A stretch of 64,000 nucleotides of DNA, taken from positions 118,959 to 182,958 of the forward strand of contig JBBSWO010000003.1 of NCBI GenBank assembly GCA_038046245.1, given 5' to 3'. Both the position numbers and the translations under genes were made by a program. How positions within the stretch are numbered: position 1 is the stretch's first letter; each line of letters opens with the position of its first letter. Source of the stretch: Nanobdellota archaeon (GTDB lineage Archaea > Nanobdellota > Nanobdellia > Pacearchaeales > GW2011-AR1). Positions 38,424 to 48,881 of the stretch are shown here, one piece after another. The notes beneath the pieces are model-generated. The model was not told the origin of the DNA, made no database searches, and saw nothing but the letters and a program-made list of their open reading frames with translations.

Positions 38424-38495
38424 CGCCCGCACCGGGAGTCGAACCCGGATCGCATCCGCGACAGGGATGAGTCATAACCGCTAGACCATGCGAGC
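38424..38495 (-). tRNA. tRNA-Asp(GTC)
   Basis: GCTCGCA/TGCGGGC-G acceptor, CATCC-CTGTCGC-GGATG anticodon arm, CCGGG-TTCGACT-CCCGG T arm. Confidence 0.97.
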
Positions 38496-38538
38496 ACGAA
38501 TTAGAGAATTAATATCGCTTTAAAAAGATAACTGAAAG

Positions 38539-38976
38539 CTATTTTATTTTTCCAGCAGCAGATAACAAAATATTATATGTCCATCTATGATATTCTGGAT
38601 GTTTTTCCATTAATTTATCTGTATCTTCACCAAGATTAAAAATATCATTTAAAGCTATAGCAACGGCAGGAGACCTATTTACACCTCTGCGACAATGAAC
38701 CAAAAGAGTTTCGCATCCATTTCTTCCTTCAGCAAAATCATTAATAATTTGCTTAGCTAAATCAATATCAAGATGTTTACGATCTTTTAGTGGAAAATGT
38801 GGATCAGTATCATCGAATCCATAGCTTTGAATTCTTCTAAAAAGAGAGGACTCTTGTAAAGGCCTGTCATCATGGTAACTATGTAATTTAGGAGAATATT
38901 TTATCCTTATAACATAAGTAGAATCTGTGGGAGTGTATTCTAATGCCTCTGTAAGACCCATTATCAAAATTTTCAT
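38539..38976 (-). CDS. Cys-dependent (PTP/DSP-superfamily) phosphatase
   Basis: LLVHCRRGVNRS CX5R loop; FDD general-acid loop. Confidence 0.88.
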   Translation of the reverse strand: MKILIMGLTEALEYTPTDSTYVIRIKYSPKLHSYHDDRPLQESSLFRRIQSYGFDDTDPHFPLKDRKHLDIDLAKQIINDFAEGRNGCETLLVHCRRGVNRSPAVAIALNDIFNLGEDTDKLMEKHPEYHRWTYNILLSAAGKIK

Positions 38977-39009
38977 AGAATTCTAAGAAAAATACACTTA
39001 TAAAAATTA

Positions 39010-39642
39010 TTATCCTAGAAACTCTTTCAATTCATACAGTGATGAAATGGTTAAAGAAGGTTTAGTATTATGAAAAGTATATTCTCCTCTGTCTATCAAT
39101 ATATCAAAAACTCCGGCGTTTCTGGCCGTCTGGATATCTTCATCACCATTTCCAACATACACTGCTTCATTTTTATTCACACCCAACAAACTTAAACACT
39201 CTTCCAATCCCTGAGGATGGGGTTTTGGAGTAAACCCATTCATCCTATGAGCAACAACTATTGCATCAAAATTTTCCTCCCCAATCATACCAATCTCCAT
39301 TTCTGCTATATGCAAAGGAGCTCCAGTAACAATCCCGGTTTTACATCCAGCTCTTTGTAAATCTCCAATAAAACCGACATCGTCATATGTTTTTGCAAAC
39401 TTTCTCCTTAACTCTACAGTATCGTATTTTTTGAAAGGACCCCAAAAAGCATCAATAGTTAAACCAAAATCTTTTGTTACTATTTCATCTCTGTTAGTTT
39501 CAAACCAAAATCTATCAATATCTTCTTTAGAATATTTTACTCCCAAATCATCTAATATCTTCCCAACAACAGTATACCTAAATTCAGGCTCAGAGTGAAT
39601 AAGTGTTCCGTCAAGATCAAAAATTGCTGCTTTATACTTCAT
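39010..39642 (-). CDS. HAD-family hydrolase
   Basis: FDLDGT, KPHP, YVGNGDEDI. Confidence 0.92.
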   Translation of the reverse strand: MKYKAAIFDLDGTLIHSEPEFRYTVVGKILDDLGVKYSKEDIDRFWFETNRDEIVTKDFGLTIDAFWGPFKKYDTVELRRKFAKTYDDVGFIGDLQRAGCKTGIVTGAPLHIAEMEIGMIGEENFDAIVVAHRMNGFTPKPHPQGLEECLSLLGVNKNEAVYVGNGDEDIQTARNAGVFDILIDRGEYTFHNTKPSLTISSLYELKEFLG

Positions 39643-39765
39643 ATGAGAATAAAATATCCTTCTCATTTATAAAAATTATTGCACTAAACCCCAATCAAAA
39701 CCCCTTAATCCAAAAATTCAAATTTAAAAAATAAAAAAAGAAAAATCATTTACAAAGAAGATTAA

Positions 39766-40113
39766 TTAAAATCTGTCTCTGTTTCCGCCGCCGAATCTTC
39801 TGCCGCCACCGCCACCAAATCCGCCGCCTCTGTTTCCAAAGTCTCTTCTAGGTGGTCTTGGTCTGTCAGGATCCATTGGCTTTGCTTCATTAACTTTAAG
39901 TCTTCGTCCTTCAACTTCTTTGTCATTCATTTCTGAAATGGCTTTCTTAGCTGACTCGTCGTCCTTAAAAGTTACGAACCCAAATCCTTTTGATCTGCCT
40001 GAAAACTTGTTCATAATAACAGTTGCTTCTTCAATTTCCCCGAATCCGGAGAAAATCTCGTTAAGCTTGTCATTGTCAACACTAAAAGGCAAATTCCCTA
40101 CGTACACTTTCAT
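39766..40113 (-). CDS. RRM RNA-binding protein with RGG tail
   Basis: RNP2 VYVGNL, RNP1 KGFGFVTF. Confidence 0.95.
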   Translation of the reverse strand: MKVYVGNLPFSVDNDKLNEIFSGFGEIEEATVIMNKFSGRSKGFGFVTFKDDESAKKAISEMNDKEVEGRRLKVNEAKPMDPDRPRPPRRDFGNRGGGFGGGGGRRFGGGNRDRF

Positions 40114-40221
40114 TCTTGTCCTCCATCTGTATTTAGTCGTTCTGCTTTGCTACTTCTTAAAAAATAGTCCGCAAACTCTCACCTTATTTCACAATAGCTG
40201 TTTTTAAAGTTTGCTATTAGG

Positions 40222-41031
40222 CTACTCAGCCCTATATCTCAATTCCTCACACTTTCCCTTTATGTAAGCAGTAATTTTACCATTATCTCCCAGCGAATCG
40301 AGGGTTTCTCTAGGTATTGGCTCTCCGATTACCATAGTAATTTTCTCTCCCCTCTTATTCCAGGCTTCTTTCATTAGATATGTCAGTCTAATTTGACGTG
40401 TTAGTTTATGCCTTGCAAAAAAGTTATAATGTCCTTTATGGTCCGGTCCATGAAAGTAAACCGGAACAACATTTTTAGCATATTTGACTATTCTACCTAA
40501 ACTTTGCCTCCAGGGAAATTCCCTCAGATTCTCTCCGGAAATTTCAGCAGCAGGACACAAAAAAACGTCATCTTCTTTTAAAGTGGAGATTATTTTACGG
40601 GATGAAGACAAAGAATTTCTCCCATAAGGATCAACAGCAATCATTCTGGCCTCTATTCCAGGAACTAACTTCAATATTTTATCACCAACAACAATAACTT
40701 TCCTCCCCTTTTTTTCAACCAGCCGACTGAATTCCCCGTAAGCAATTGCTCCCTCAGGCATTCCATAAGGATGATTAGATGGATAAAGTGTCCCTTTTTC
40801 GTCAGGAATATTCTCAGCACCAATAATCTCAGTTTCAAATCCAAAATCATTAGCAGCTCCCACAAACGCTTCTGTAAACCCTTCTGCCCTAATCTTTTCA
40901 TCAACTCTCAAAAAAAGCTCCAACGTCTCAGAAACTTTAAAGGACCTAGGGATTATTCTTGAACACATCAGCATTATTTCAAGGCTACGTCTAGGATTGT
41001 GATCTTTGTATAGTCTCCTTAATACTTTCAT
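40222..41031 (-). CDS. PlsC/LPLAT-superfamily acyltransferase
   Basis: GAENIP, SNHPYGMPEG, FLCPAAEIS, VVPVYF, IGEPI. Confidence 0.8.
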   Translation of the reverse strand: MKVLRRLYKDHNPRRSLEIMLMCSRIIPRSFKVSETLELFLRVDEKIRAEGFTEAFVGAANDFGFETEIIGAENIPDEKGTLYPSNHPYGMPEGAIAYGEFSRLVEKKGRKVIVVGDKILKLVPGIEARMIAVDPYGRNSLSSSRKIISTLKEDDVFLCPAAEISGENLREFPWRQSLGRIVKYAKNVVPVYFHGPDHKGHYNFFARHKLTRQIRLTYLMKEAWNKRGEKITMVIGEPIPRETLDSLGDNGKITAYIKGKCEELRYRAE

Positions 41032-41074
41032 AGAACCACCCAATTTTCAGACTTTAAAAAGAAATCGCTAATGC

Positions 41075-42352
41075 CTACTTCTTCGATTTTATAACCTTAA
41101 ATCCAGTATAAGACCACAATGCTTTAGGGATTTTTATGCTTCCATCTTTTTGCTGGAAGTTTTCCAATATTGCAACCATGATTCTTGAAGTTGCTATGAC
41201 AGTGTTGTTCAAAGTATGGGCAAAATATCTTTCCTTCCCATTATCAATTCTTATTCCCAATCTTCTTGCCTGAGCATCTCCCATATTTGACAAAGAAGTG
41301 ATTTCAAAATATTCCTTTCTCTTAGGACTCCATGCTTCAAAATCACATTGTTTGGCTTTCAGATCTCCCAGGTCCCCAGAACAAATCTCCAGAATCCTGA
41401 ACGGGAATTCAAGCTCTTTGAAAAGTTCAACACTCATCTTCATCATCTCATCATACCATTTGCTTGATTCAGAAGGTTCACATATTACAATCATTTCCTG
41501 TTTGTTGAACTGATGAGTTCTGTAAATCCCTTTTTCATCAATTCCATGGCTCCCTATTTCTTTCCTGAAACACATTGAATAAGAAGTTTGTTTTACAGGA
41601 ATGTTTTTGGATGTCAAGGTCTTTCCTATGAACATTCCAATCAAAGGATGCTCTGATGTAGCAATTAAGTAAAGATCCTCTCCGTCAATCTTATAGGACA
41701 TCTGCTCAATCTCATTTTTAGAATAAACTCCCCTTAAGATTTCCTCTCTTATCATCAAAGGAGGTTCAATGTATTCAAATCCTTTTTTCATCATGAAGTC
41801 TCTTGCAAAATTTATCAGAGCCATATTTAGCAAAGCAAGCTCGTTTTTCAAAACATAAAATCCTTTTCCAGAAATATTCGCAGAAGAATCAAAATCCAGA
41901 ATTCCTAATTTTTCTCCAAGCTCAGCATGACCCTTTGCCTCAAATCCCAATTTTGCAGGCTTTCCAAAAACCTTTGCGACTTTATTTTCAGAAGCATCTT
42001 TTCCTACAGGGACACTCTTGTCCATGATGTTGGGAATCTGCAAAGACATATTATAAACTTCATCCTCAAGCTTTTTTCTTTGAACCAAAACTTTTTCTAT
42101 TTCCTCCGGGATTTCTTTCGCTTTCTTAAGTTCGTTCTTGGCATTTTTTCCGGCTTTTTTAAGTTCATTTATTTCCTGGGAAATCTTGTTTCTTTCGGAC
42201 CTTAGATTGTCCTCTTTATATTTAAGTGCTCTCCATTCATCGTCAAACTTCCTGATCTTATCGACCAAAACAAGTTTTTCACTTTGAAATTTCTTTTTTA
42301 TGTTCTCTTTCACAATCTCAGGATGCTCTCTTATCAATCTTATGTCAATCAT
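41075..42352 (-). CDS. serS: Serine-tRNA ligase
   Basis: IATSEHP, FRKEIGSHG, HQFNKQE, HTLNNT. Confidence 0.97.
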   Translation of the reverse strand: MIDIRLIREHPEIVKENIKKKFQSEKLVLVDKIRKFDDEWRALKYKEDNLRSERNKISQEINELKKAGKNAKNELKKAKEIPEEIEKVLVQRKKLEDEVYNMSLQIPNIMDKSVPVGKDASENKVAKVFGKPAKLGFEAKGHAELGEKLGILDFDSSANISGKGFYVLKNELALLNMALINFARDFMMKKGFEYIEPPLMIREEILRGVYSKNEIEQMSYKIDGEDLYLIATSEHPLIGMFIGKTLTSKNIPVKQTSYSMCFRKEIGSHGIDEKGIYRTHQFNKQEMIVICEPSESSKWYDEMMKMSVELFKELEFPFRILEICSGDLGDLKAKQCDFEAWSPKRKEYFEITSLSNMGDAQARRLGIRIDNGKERYFAHTLNNTVIATSRIMVAILENFQQKDGSIKIPKALWSYTGFKVIKSKK

Positions 42353-42406
42353 AGTTCCAAAAAGTAACGGAGATATTTAAATTTATTGAATCAAAAATAG
42401 GGCAAT

Positions 42407-44116
42407 CTAATTCTTTTCGACATCCGGACCGTCCTGGCCCAGTCTTTTTCTTTCATCCAGAAGTTTGATGTGCTTTTCCTTCTCGCCTTTATAATTTGTA
42501 GAAGAAAGGCCAAATCCTTTTATCATATTAGCGACATATTCTCCTCCAAGGAAGTGTGGGGTCAAAACATAATCTGCTCCTTCTTTGTACAGATTCATTG
42601 CATCATCTATATGATGGGCTCTTACAATTACAATGGCTTTCGGATTAATTTCCTTCACAGTTTTTATCAACAAAAGGTTTGCTTCTACAGAAGGAATTGT
42701 CGAGACTATGAGTTTCGATTTTCTTAAAGGAAGCTCTCTTAATAATTCACTGTCATAAACATCTCCATATATTACGGGGATTCTGAATTTCTTTAAGTTT
42801 GAGACTATCTCGGGATCATAATCAACCACTACATACCTGTTCGAAACTGCCTTGAATGACTTTAATATGCTGAATCCGATTCTGTTGTATCCAAAGAGTA
42901 TTGTATCGTAGCTGTCCAAGATTTTTTTCTTTTCATTTTTTACATTTCTTCTTTCAAACACTCCAAGATATCTGGAAAAGAATGGATAGATTTTATCTGA
43001 ATACGTTATCAAATACGATGAACCTGCAATCGTTATGAGACCGACCATCGTGATTATGGAAAGTATTTCTGAACTCAAATATCCAACCGTTACTCCCAAA
43101 GCGACTATTATTATAGAAAACTCACTTATTTGCGCCACAGTTATTCCCACCATAAACCCTGTTCTCTTTGTATAACCCAATATTCCTACAAGAGACATGA
43201 CAATAAGCGGATTCACTATAAGGACAAAAAGGGATAAAATAATGATAGAAAAAATATTGCTGCCAACATCGCTAATCGCTATCTGTGATCCAACGATGAC
43301 AAAGAATATTATTATGAAAAAGTCCCTTAAAGGTTTTAATTTTGAACTGATTTCACTGCTATAGGGAGAAACAGAAAGTGCAACTCCGGCGAGAAGCGCC
43401 CCTATCTCCAAGGAGAAATCTATGAACTGGAAAAGGCTCGCTATAGCAAAAGCCCATGTCAAAGAAAATATGAACAAAAACTCCTGAGACTTCGCCGCGA
43501 ATTTTGTTATTTTTGGGAGAACAAATATGCTGACTAACAATAATAATCCAAGTATTATCACTCCTTTTATTATCGTAGAAAAGACCAATGAAGCAGTCGT
43601 GTCAACTCCTGAAGATGATGAAATTGTAAATAAGATTATCGCCGCTATCAGATCTTGTATAATCAAAAGACCAGTAGAGATTTTTCCATAAACGCTGCTT
43701 ATTTCTCCTTTATCGCTAAGAAGTTTCATGACAACAATTGTGCTCCCAAAAGTCAAAGCGATCGAGACATAAAAAGAGGTCAGGCTTGAAAATCCAAGAG
43801 CTTTTGCAATCAAAAATCCAACGGCTGAAGTAAAAATAACCTGGCCGACACCGAGTATGACTGAAGATTTTCCAATCTCTTTTATAACTTTAGGATTTAA
43901 ATGCAATCCAACAGTAAAAAGAAGAAGTGCAACACCCATTTTTGCAAAGACTCCGATTGTGCTTTCTTTTTCAAGAAGGTTCAAGAAATAAGGGCCGGCA
44001 ATAATTCCTGTAAAAATATAACCTATAATGAGGGGCTGTTTCAAAATTCTCATTAAAAATGAAACCAAGAAAGCTATTCCTATTATCAGGCTAATGTTCA
44101 AAAATATGTCGGCCAT
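42407..44116 (-). CDS. CPA2 cation:proton antiporter with TrkA-N (RCK) domain, Kef-like
   Basis: LKQPLIIGY, LIIQD, AQISEFS, GYNRIG, VIYGD. Confidence 0.9.
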   Translation of the reverse strand: MADIFLNISLIIGIAFLVSFLMRILKQPLIIGYIFTGIIAGPYFLNLLEKESTIGVFAKMGVALLLFTVGLHLNPKVIKEIGKSSVILGVGQVIFTSAVGFLIAKALGFSSLTSFYVSIALTFGSTIVVMKLLSDKGEISSVYGKISTGLLIIQDLIAAIILFTISSSSGVDTTASLVFSTIIKGVIILGLLLLVSIFVLPKITKFAAKSQEFLFIFSLTWAFAIASLFQFIDFSLEIGALLAGVALSVSPYSSEISSKLKPLRDFFIIIFFVIVGSQIAISDVGSNIFSIIILSLFVLIVNPLIVMSLVGILGYTKRTGFMVGITVAQISEFSIIIVALGVTVGYLSSEILSIITMVGLITIAGSSYLITYSDKIYPFFSRYLGVFERRNVKNEKKKILDSYDTILFGYNRIGFSILKSFKAVSNRYVVVDYDPEIVSNLKKFRIPVIYGDVYDSELLRELPLRKSKLIVSTIPSVEANLLLIKTVKEINPKAIVIVRAHHIDDAMNLYKEGADYVLTPHFLGGEYVANMIKGFGLSSTNYKGEKEKHIKLLDERKRLGQDGPDVEKN

Positions 44117-44164
44117 TTTCCCCTCTTTATTATCTAACTAAAAATATCTATATAAGTTTTCTGG

Positions 44165-44752
44165 TCAGCTAAAGGCCTTCCCAAGAAGAAGCATTGCCAA
44201 AATTCCCACGCTGTTCATAATGAAGCTTATTATTGCAAAAACGCTTGTCCTTACATGGGCCACGCCTTCAAGCATTGTAACTCCTAACTCATCAGGCAGC
44301 GGGGAAGCAATGATGATCGCTCCAACTAAGTATTGCAGATAAATTTTCAGTTTTAAAATATGCTTGTTGGAAAAAGATTTTTTTATATGATGAAATAATT
44401 TAGTTTCCTCCAATTCTTCAAACTCGTCCATGAAAGAAAATTTTGTCAGGTTTAAAATTAACAAGTCTGATATTAAAGCACCCACTGCACCTATAAAAAA
44501 TGTCAGAAATATATTATCTGGATGTATTGTAAGAAAAAATCCCACAGCAAAGGGCGTTGAAAAACCAAACGAGAACAAAAGACCGGCTATAAACACCCCT
44601 AAATAACTTAATTCATTAAGGTTATTTAAATAAGAGGTAATTCCAGAATATCTGAAAATAAAATATGCAGCTATTGACAAAAACAGCAGGGTCAAAAGTT
44701 TAGGATATCCCTTTTTATGGTTGTAATTATGGCTTAACCTTTTCTTTTTCAT
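44165..44752 (-). CDS. Multi-TM membrane protein
   Basis: Several TM helices; ASPLPDELG. Confidence 0.75.
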   Translation of the reverse strand: MKKKRLSHNYNHKKGYPKLLTLLFLSIAAYFIFRYSGITSYLNNLNELSYLGVFIAGLLFSFGFSTPFAVGFFLTIHPDNIFLTFFIGAVGALISDLLILNLTKFSFMDEFEELEETKLFHHIKKSFSNKHILKLKIYLQYLVGAIIIASPLPDELGVTMLEGVAHVRTSVFAIISFIMNSVGILAMLLLGKAFS

Positions 44753-44842
44753 TTAGAATCCATCACCTTTACTATATGATGATTTTTGTATTTAAAAGGA
44801 TTTTCACCTAAGATTTATAAGTATTATTCCCTTAAAAAATGC

Positions 44843-47482
44843 ATGGCTAAAGAAGAGGGTTTGGATGAAGAAGAGGCAAAAAAACTTCTTGAAAAATACG
44901 GAAAGAATGAAATTGAGGAAGTTAACAAAATTTCTATAACTGAGATTCTTTTAAGACAGGTAAAAGGCAACTTCATGATTTATCTCCTTTTGGCTGCATT
45001 CCTTATTTCTTTCCTGGTTGAAAAAATGCTCACGGCCTACGTAATACTTGCAGTCATTGCAATAGTAGTAATTGTTGGATTTATCCAAGAGTATAAGGCA
45101 GAGAAAGCAGTAAGCGCTTTGAGAAGTATGATAATGCCAATAACGATTGTGATAAGAGAGGGTAGAGAGAAAGAAATTCACTCCAACGAGATTGTTCCAG
45201 GAGACATCCTAATCTTGAGAAATGGAGAGAGAATTCCTGCAGACTGTACAATTTTAAGTGAAAAAAATCTCCGTGTTGACGAATCTGTTCTGACGGGAGA
45301 ATCAAAAGAGATTAAAAAAAGTCCCACAAAAAATCTTGGAGAATATTCAGACGAGAACACTCTTTTTATGGGTTCTTATATAATAAGCGGAAAATGCGTA
45401 ACTAAAGTCTTAAGGACAGGAATGTCGACGCAGTTTGGAAAAATAGCAAGCATGATTTCAAAAGCTGAAAAAGATCTTCCTTTAAGAGGAAAAGTCAACA
45501 AGATATCAAAATATATGGCGATTGTAGCCATAAGCATCGCAATTCTTACAGGATTGATAACTCTTGCCCAGACTCACCCAGCATCAAAAGAGAACGTCAT
45601 AGAAATCTTGATTTTAGTTATCGCAATAGCTGTTTCCGCCGTCCCTGAAGGAATGCCCGTAGCATTGATATCTACTCTGTCAATAGGAGCTTACAGGATG
45701 GCCAAGAAAAACGCAATTGTCAACAGAGTCTCAATAATAGAAACACTTGGAGAGACAACAGTCATATGTTCTGACAAGACAGGAACAATAACGAAAGGAG
45801 AAATGACTGTGAAAAAAATCTTAACAGGACAGAGAGAATATGACATTACCGGTGCTGGCTATGAAGGAAAAGGAAATTTTTTAATTGATAATCAAAGCAT
45901 TGAGGTCTCAAAACATGAAAATTTAAATTTAATTTTAAAAGCCGCAACAATCTGTAATGACTCTACAATTTCAAGGACGGGAGATGATATGATTTTCAAA
46001 CCTATTGGAACTCCGACGGAAGCAGCACTTTTAATTGCTGCTGCAAAAGCGGGAATTTTCAAGGAAGATTTAAAGTTCAGTGTTGAAGAAGAAATGCCAT
46101 TTAGCTCCGAAAGAAAAATCATGAGCATACTCGCAAAAGAAGGCAGAGAAAAAACAGTCTATGTAAAAGGTGCATTGGAAATTATTCTGTCAAAATGCAC
46201 CCAAATAAAAAAAGAGGATGGAGTCTACAAACTTCTCGAAAAAGAAAAAGCAAAGATTCTTGACAGCAACCACAATCTTGCCTCAAACACGTATAGGACC
46301 TTGGGAATTGCATACAAAAAAAATAATCTGAAAAAAATGGAAGAGGAATTAATCTTCTTGGGGGTAGTTGCCCTCGAAGATCCACCCCGTGACGAAATAA
46401 AAGAGGCACTTGCAACATGCACAAGAGCGGGAATATCTGTCAAGATGATTACGGGAGACAACAAAGAGACAGCTGTTTCTATTGCGAAACAGATAGGTCT
46501 TGAATACAAAAGAGTTTTCACTGGTCAGGAGATCGATGAAATCAGCGACGCAAATCTCCTAAAAATAATAAAAGACATAACGATTTTCGTGAGAGTCCGA
46601 CCAGAGCACAAATTAAGGATTGTAAAAATCCTGAAGCAAAACGGAGAGATTGTCACAATGACTGGCGACGGAGTCAATGACGCTCCAGCACTCAAAGAAG
46701 CCCATATAGGTGTAGCAATGGGCATAAATGGAACAGACGTTTCAAGATCAGTCGCTGATCTGACTTTAAAAGATGACAACTTCGCAACAATAGTCGATGC
46801 AATAAAAGAGGGAAGGACAATTTTTTACAACATAAGAAAATTTGTAAGCTATCAATTGTCATGCAATCATGCTGAGCTGGCAATCCTTTTTTTAGGGGTC
46901 TTGCTCGCCCCCTTAATAGGTTGGCCAATTCCGCTCCTTCTCGCACTCCATATCTTATTCATGAACCTTGTCACAGACAATCTTCCATCACTAACGCTGG
47001 GACTAAATCCTTCATCTGATGATATTATGGAAGGCAGAAGCCTGAAAAACTCAGATTTGTTAAACAGAAAGCTGCACATATTGATAGCATTTTCTGGATT
47101 GGTGATGTGTATCTTGACCCTTGCTGTTTTCTACTTAACCTATAGCGTCCTGCACCAGCCTCTTGAATACGCAAGAACAACTGCTCTGGCAACTTTGATA
47201 ATAGTTGAAATCGCAGGCGCATTTAACTTTAGATCATTCAGGAAAGGTGTCCTCACAAGATCCCCTTTCGTCAACAAATATTTAGCATACGCTTCATTCG
47301 TATCAATACTAGCAACTTTGGTCATAATATATACTCCTGCAAGTTCCTTGTTCTCAACAGCGCCAATTGGAGTCAATGACTGGATAATCGCCCTCAGTGC
47401 AGCATTTGTATTTTTCGCACTATTTGATACTCTCAAGCACTTTAACAACAAAAAACACTTCTGGAATGAGAATGTTGGTTGA
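44843..47482 (+). CDS. Cation-transporting P-type ATPase (P2, Ca2+-type)
   Basis: LTGES, VPEGMP, DKTGT, KGA, MTGDGVNDAPAL; start set at MAKEEG. Confidence 0.95.
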   Translation: MAKEEGLDEEEAKKLLEKYGKNEIEEVNKISITEILLRQVKGNFMIYLLLAAFLISFLVEKMLTAYVILAVIAIVVIVGFIQEYKAEKAVSALRSMIMPITIVIREGREKEIHSNEIVPGDILILRNGERIPADCTILSEKNLRVDESVLTGESKEIKKSPTKNLGEYSDENTLFMGSYIISGKCVTKVLRTGMSTQFGKIASMISKAEKDLPLRGKVNKISKYMAIVAISIAILTGLITLAQTHPASKENVIEILILVIAIAVSAVPEGMPVALISTLSIGAYRMAKKNAIVNRVSIIETLGETTVICSDKTGTITKGEMTVKKILTGQREYDITGAGYEGKGNFLIDNQSIEVSKHENLNLILKAATICNDSTISRTGDDMIFKPIGTPTEAALLIAAAKAGIFKEDLKFSVEEEMPFSSERKIMSILAKEGREKTVYVKGALEIILSKCTQIKKEDGVYKLLEKEKAKILDSNHNLASNTYRTLGIAYKKNNLKKMEEELIFLGVVALEDPPRDEIKEALATCTRAGISVKMITGDNKETAVSIAKQIGLEYKRVFTGQEIDEISDANLLKIIKDITIFVRVRPEHKLRIVKILKQNGEIVTMTGDGVNDAPALKEAHIGVAMGINGTDVSRSVADLTLKDDNFATIVDAIKEGRTIFYNIRKFVSYQLSCNHAELAILFLGVLLAPLIGWPIPLLLALHILFMNLVTDNLPSLTLGLNPSSDDIMEGRSLKNSDLLNRKLHILIAFSGLVMCILTLAVFYLTYSVLHQPLEYARTTALATLIIVEIAGAFNFRSFRKGVLTRSPFVNKYLAYASFVSILATLVIIYTPASSLFSTAPIGVNDWIIALSAAFVFFALFDTLKHFNNKKHFWNENVG

Positions 47483-47519
47483 TAAAAAGGTTTTTAAACT
47501 AAATTCGAGGTTTTAAAGT

Positions 47520-47828
47520 ATGGGTAAAGTAAGAATAAAACTAGATAGCACAGACATAGACATGCTGAATGAAATATGCGCGTCCATCAGCGATACCGCT
47601 AAAAAATCAGGTATAGTTGTAAGCGGACCAGTTCCTCTGCCAACTCAAAAACTCAAGATAACTACGAGGAAATCTCCATGCGGCAATGGCACAGCAACTT
47701 TCGACAGGTTTGAAATGAGAATACACAAAAGACTTATCGACCTTCCTGCGAACGAAAAAGTTCTCCACCATATCATGAGAATGAAGATCCCAAAGAACAT
47801 CAACATAAAAATTGAGATGAAAGATTAA
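47520..47828 (+). CDS. rpsJ: 30S ribosomal protein uS10 (archaeal type)
   Basis: GPVPLPT, RKSPCGNGTATFDRFEMRIHKR. Confidence 0.96.
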   Translation: MGKVRIKLDSTDIDMLNEICASISDTAKKSGIVVSGPVPLPTQKLKITTRKSPCGNGTATFDRFEMRIHKRLIDLPANEKVLHHIMRMKIPKNINIKIEMKD

Positions 47829-47970
47829 TTCTAAATTAGCTTACTACAAAAAGAATCAACATGATTTTCCAAACAATTTTCAGGTCTTTTTTTGACTATA
47901 TAATAATGTGGTTTGAAGCATTATGAATTAACCTCAATAATCCTTATATATAATTAATCTAAGAATATTT

Positions 47971-48249
47971 ATGACCCCTCTTGAAGAATTAACCACTGAT
48001 GACCAAGGAGTGTCTAGAGTAGACAGAACGAAAGAGATTGTTCATCCTGAAAAGGTTGGAGAACCAAAAATAGTAAAAATATGTGAAAACTACGGAAAAG
48101 GTTTGATATTTGAGCGAATCTGGACGCTCCGTGAGAAAAATTATCCTGATGCTAACGGATACATAATAGGAAAGTTTGAAAATGTGGCTAGGGAAGAATA
48201 TCACACAGCCCAGGTTCAAGCAGCCCAAGTTCAATTCTACAAGTATTAA
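47971..48249 (+). CDS. Hypothetical protein
   Basis: ORF with TTATATA upstream; YPDANGYIIG...VQFYK. Confidence 0.6.
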   Translation: MTPLEELTTDDQGVSRVDRTKEIVHPEKVGEPKIVKICENYGKGLIFERIWTLREKNYPDANGYIIGKFENVAREEYHTAQVQAAQVQFYKY

Positions 48250-48287
48250 TTCCCAAAACTTATAAACCCCAAAAAACATTTTCCTTA

Positions 48288-48881
48288 ATGAAAATAAGTG
48301 CAATACTTGTTATTGTTGCAGTACTATTGATTGCATTTTTTGTTTTCGGAAAAGGAAAAGTGACGGGAAACACGACAGGAGACACCACAATGGCTGATTC
48401 AAAAAAAATAAAATTCGAAACGACAGAAGGAAATTTTGTCATAAAGCTTTATGACGACATGCCAATCACTACAGGTAATTTTGTCAAGCTCGTAAATCAA
48501 GGATTCTATGACGGAGTTTTATTCCACAGAGTGATTGATGGTTTCATGATTCAGGGCGGAGATCCATTGACAAAAGATGCATCAAAAGAACGGCTTTGGG
48601 GAACAGGTGGACCAGGATATAATATCCAAGATGAATTCACACACAAAGGCGGAAACAAAAACAACAGAGGGACGATTTCAATGGCAAACTCTGGTCCAAA
48701 CACTGGAGGCTCTCAGTTTTTCATAAACACAATAAACAATAATTTCCTAGACACAAAACATCCTGCATTCGGAGAGGTAATTCAAGGAATGGATGTTGTT
48801 GACAAAATAAGCAAAGTTGAAGTTGACTCAAGCGACAGACCTTTAGAGCCTGTAAAAATAATAAAAGCTAGTTTGGTTTAA
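48288..48881 (+). CDS. Cyclophilin-type peptidyl-prolyl isomerase with N-terminal anchor
   Basis: FHRVIDGFMIQGGDP, MANSGPNTGGSQFFI. Confidence 0.96.
   Translation: MKISAILVIVAVLLIAFFVFGKGKVTGNTTGDTTMADSKKIKFETTEGNFVIKLYDDMPITTGNFVKLVNQGFYDGVLFHRVIDGFMIQGGDPLTKDASKERLWGTGGPGYNIQDEFTHKGGNKNNRGTISMANSGPNTGGSQFFINTINNNFLDTKHPAFGEVIQGMDVVDKISKVEVDSSDRPLEPVKIIKASLV

Noticed and set aside
21902..38495. Integrated element or provirus at tRNA-Tyr or tRNA-Asp
   Set aside because: No integrase and no duplicated tRNA 3' end found by eye; housekeeping genes lie between the two tRNAs
47829..47940. Mini-ORFs or a gene remnant after rpsJ
   Set aside because: Only very short frames on either strand, with no supporting motif
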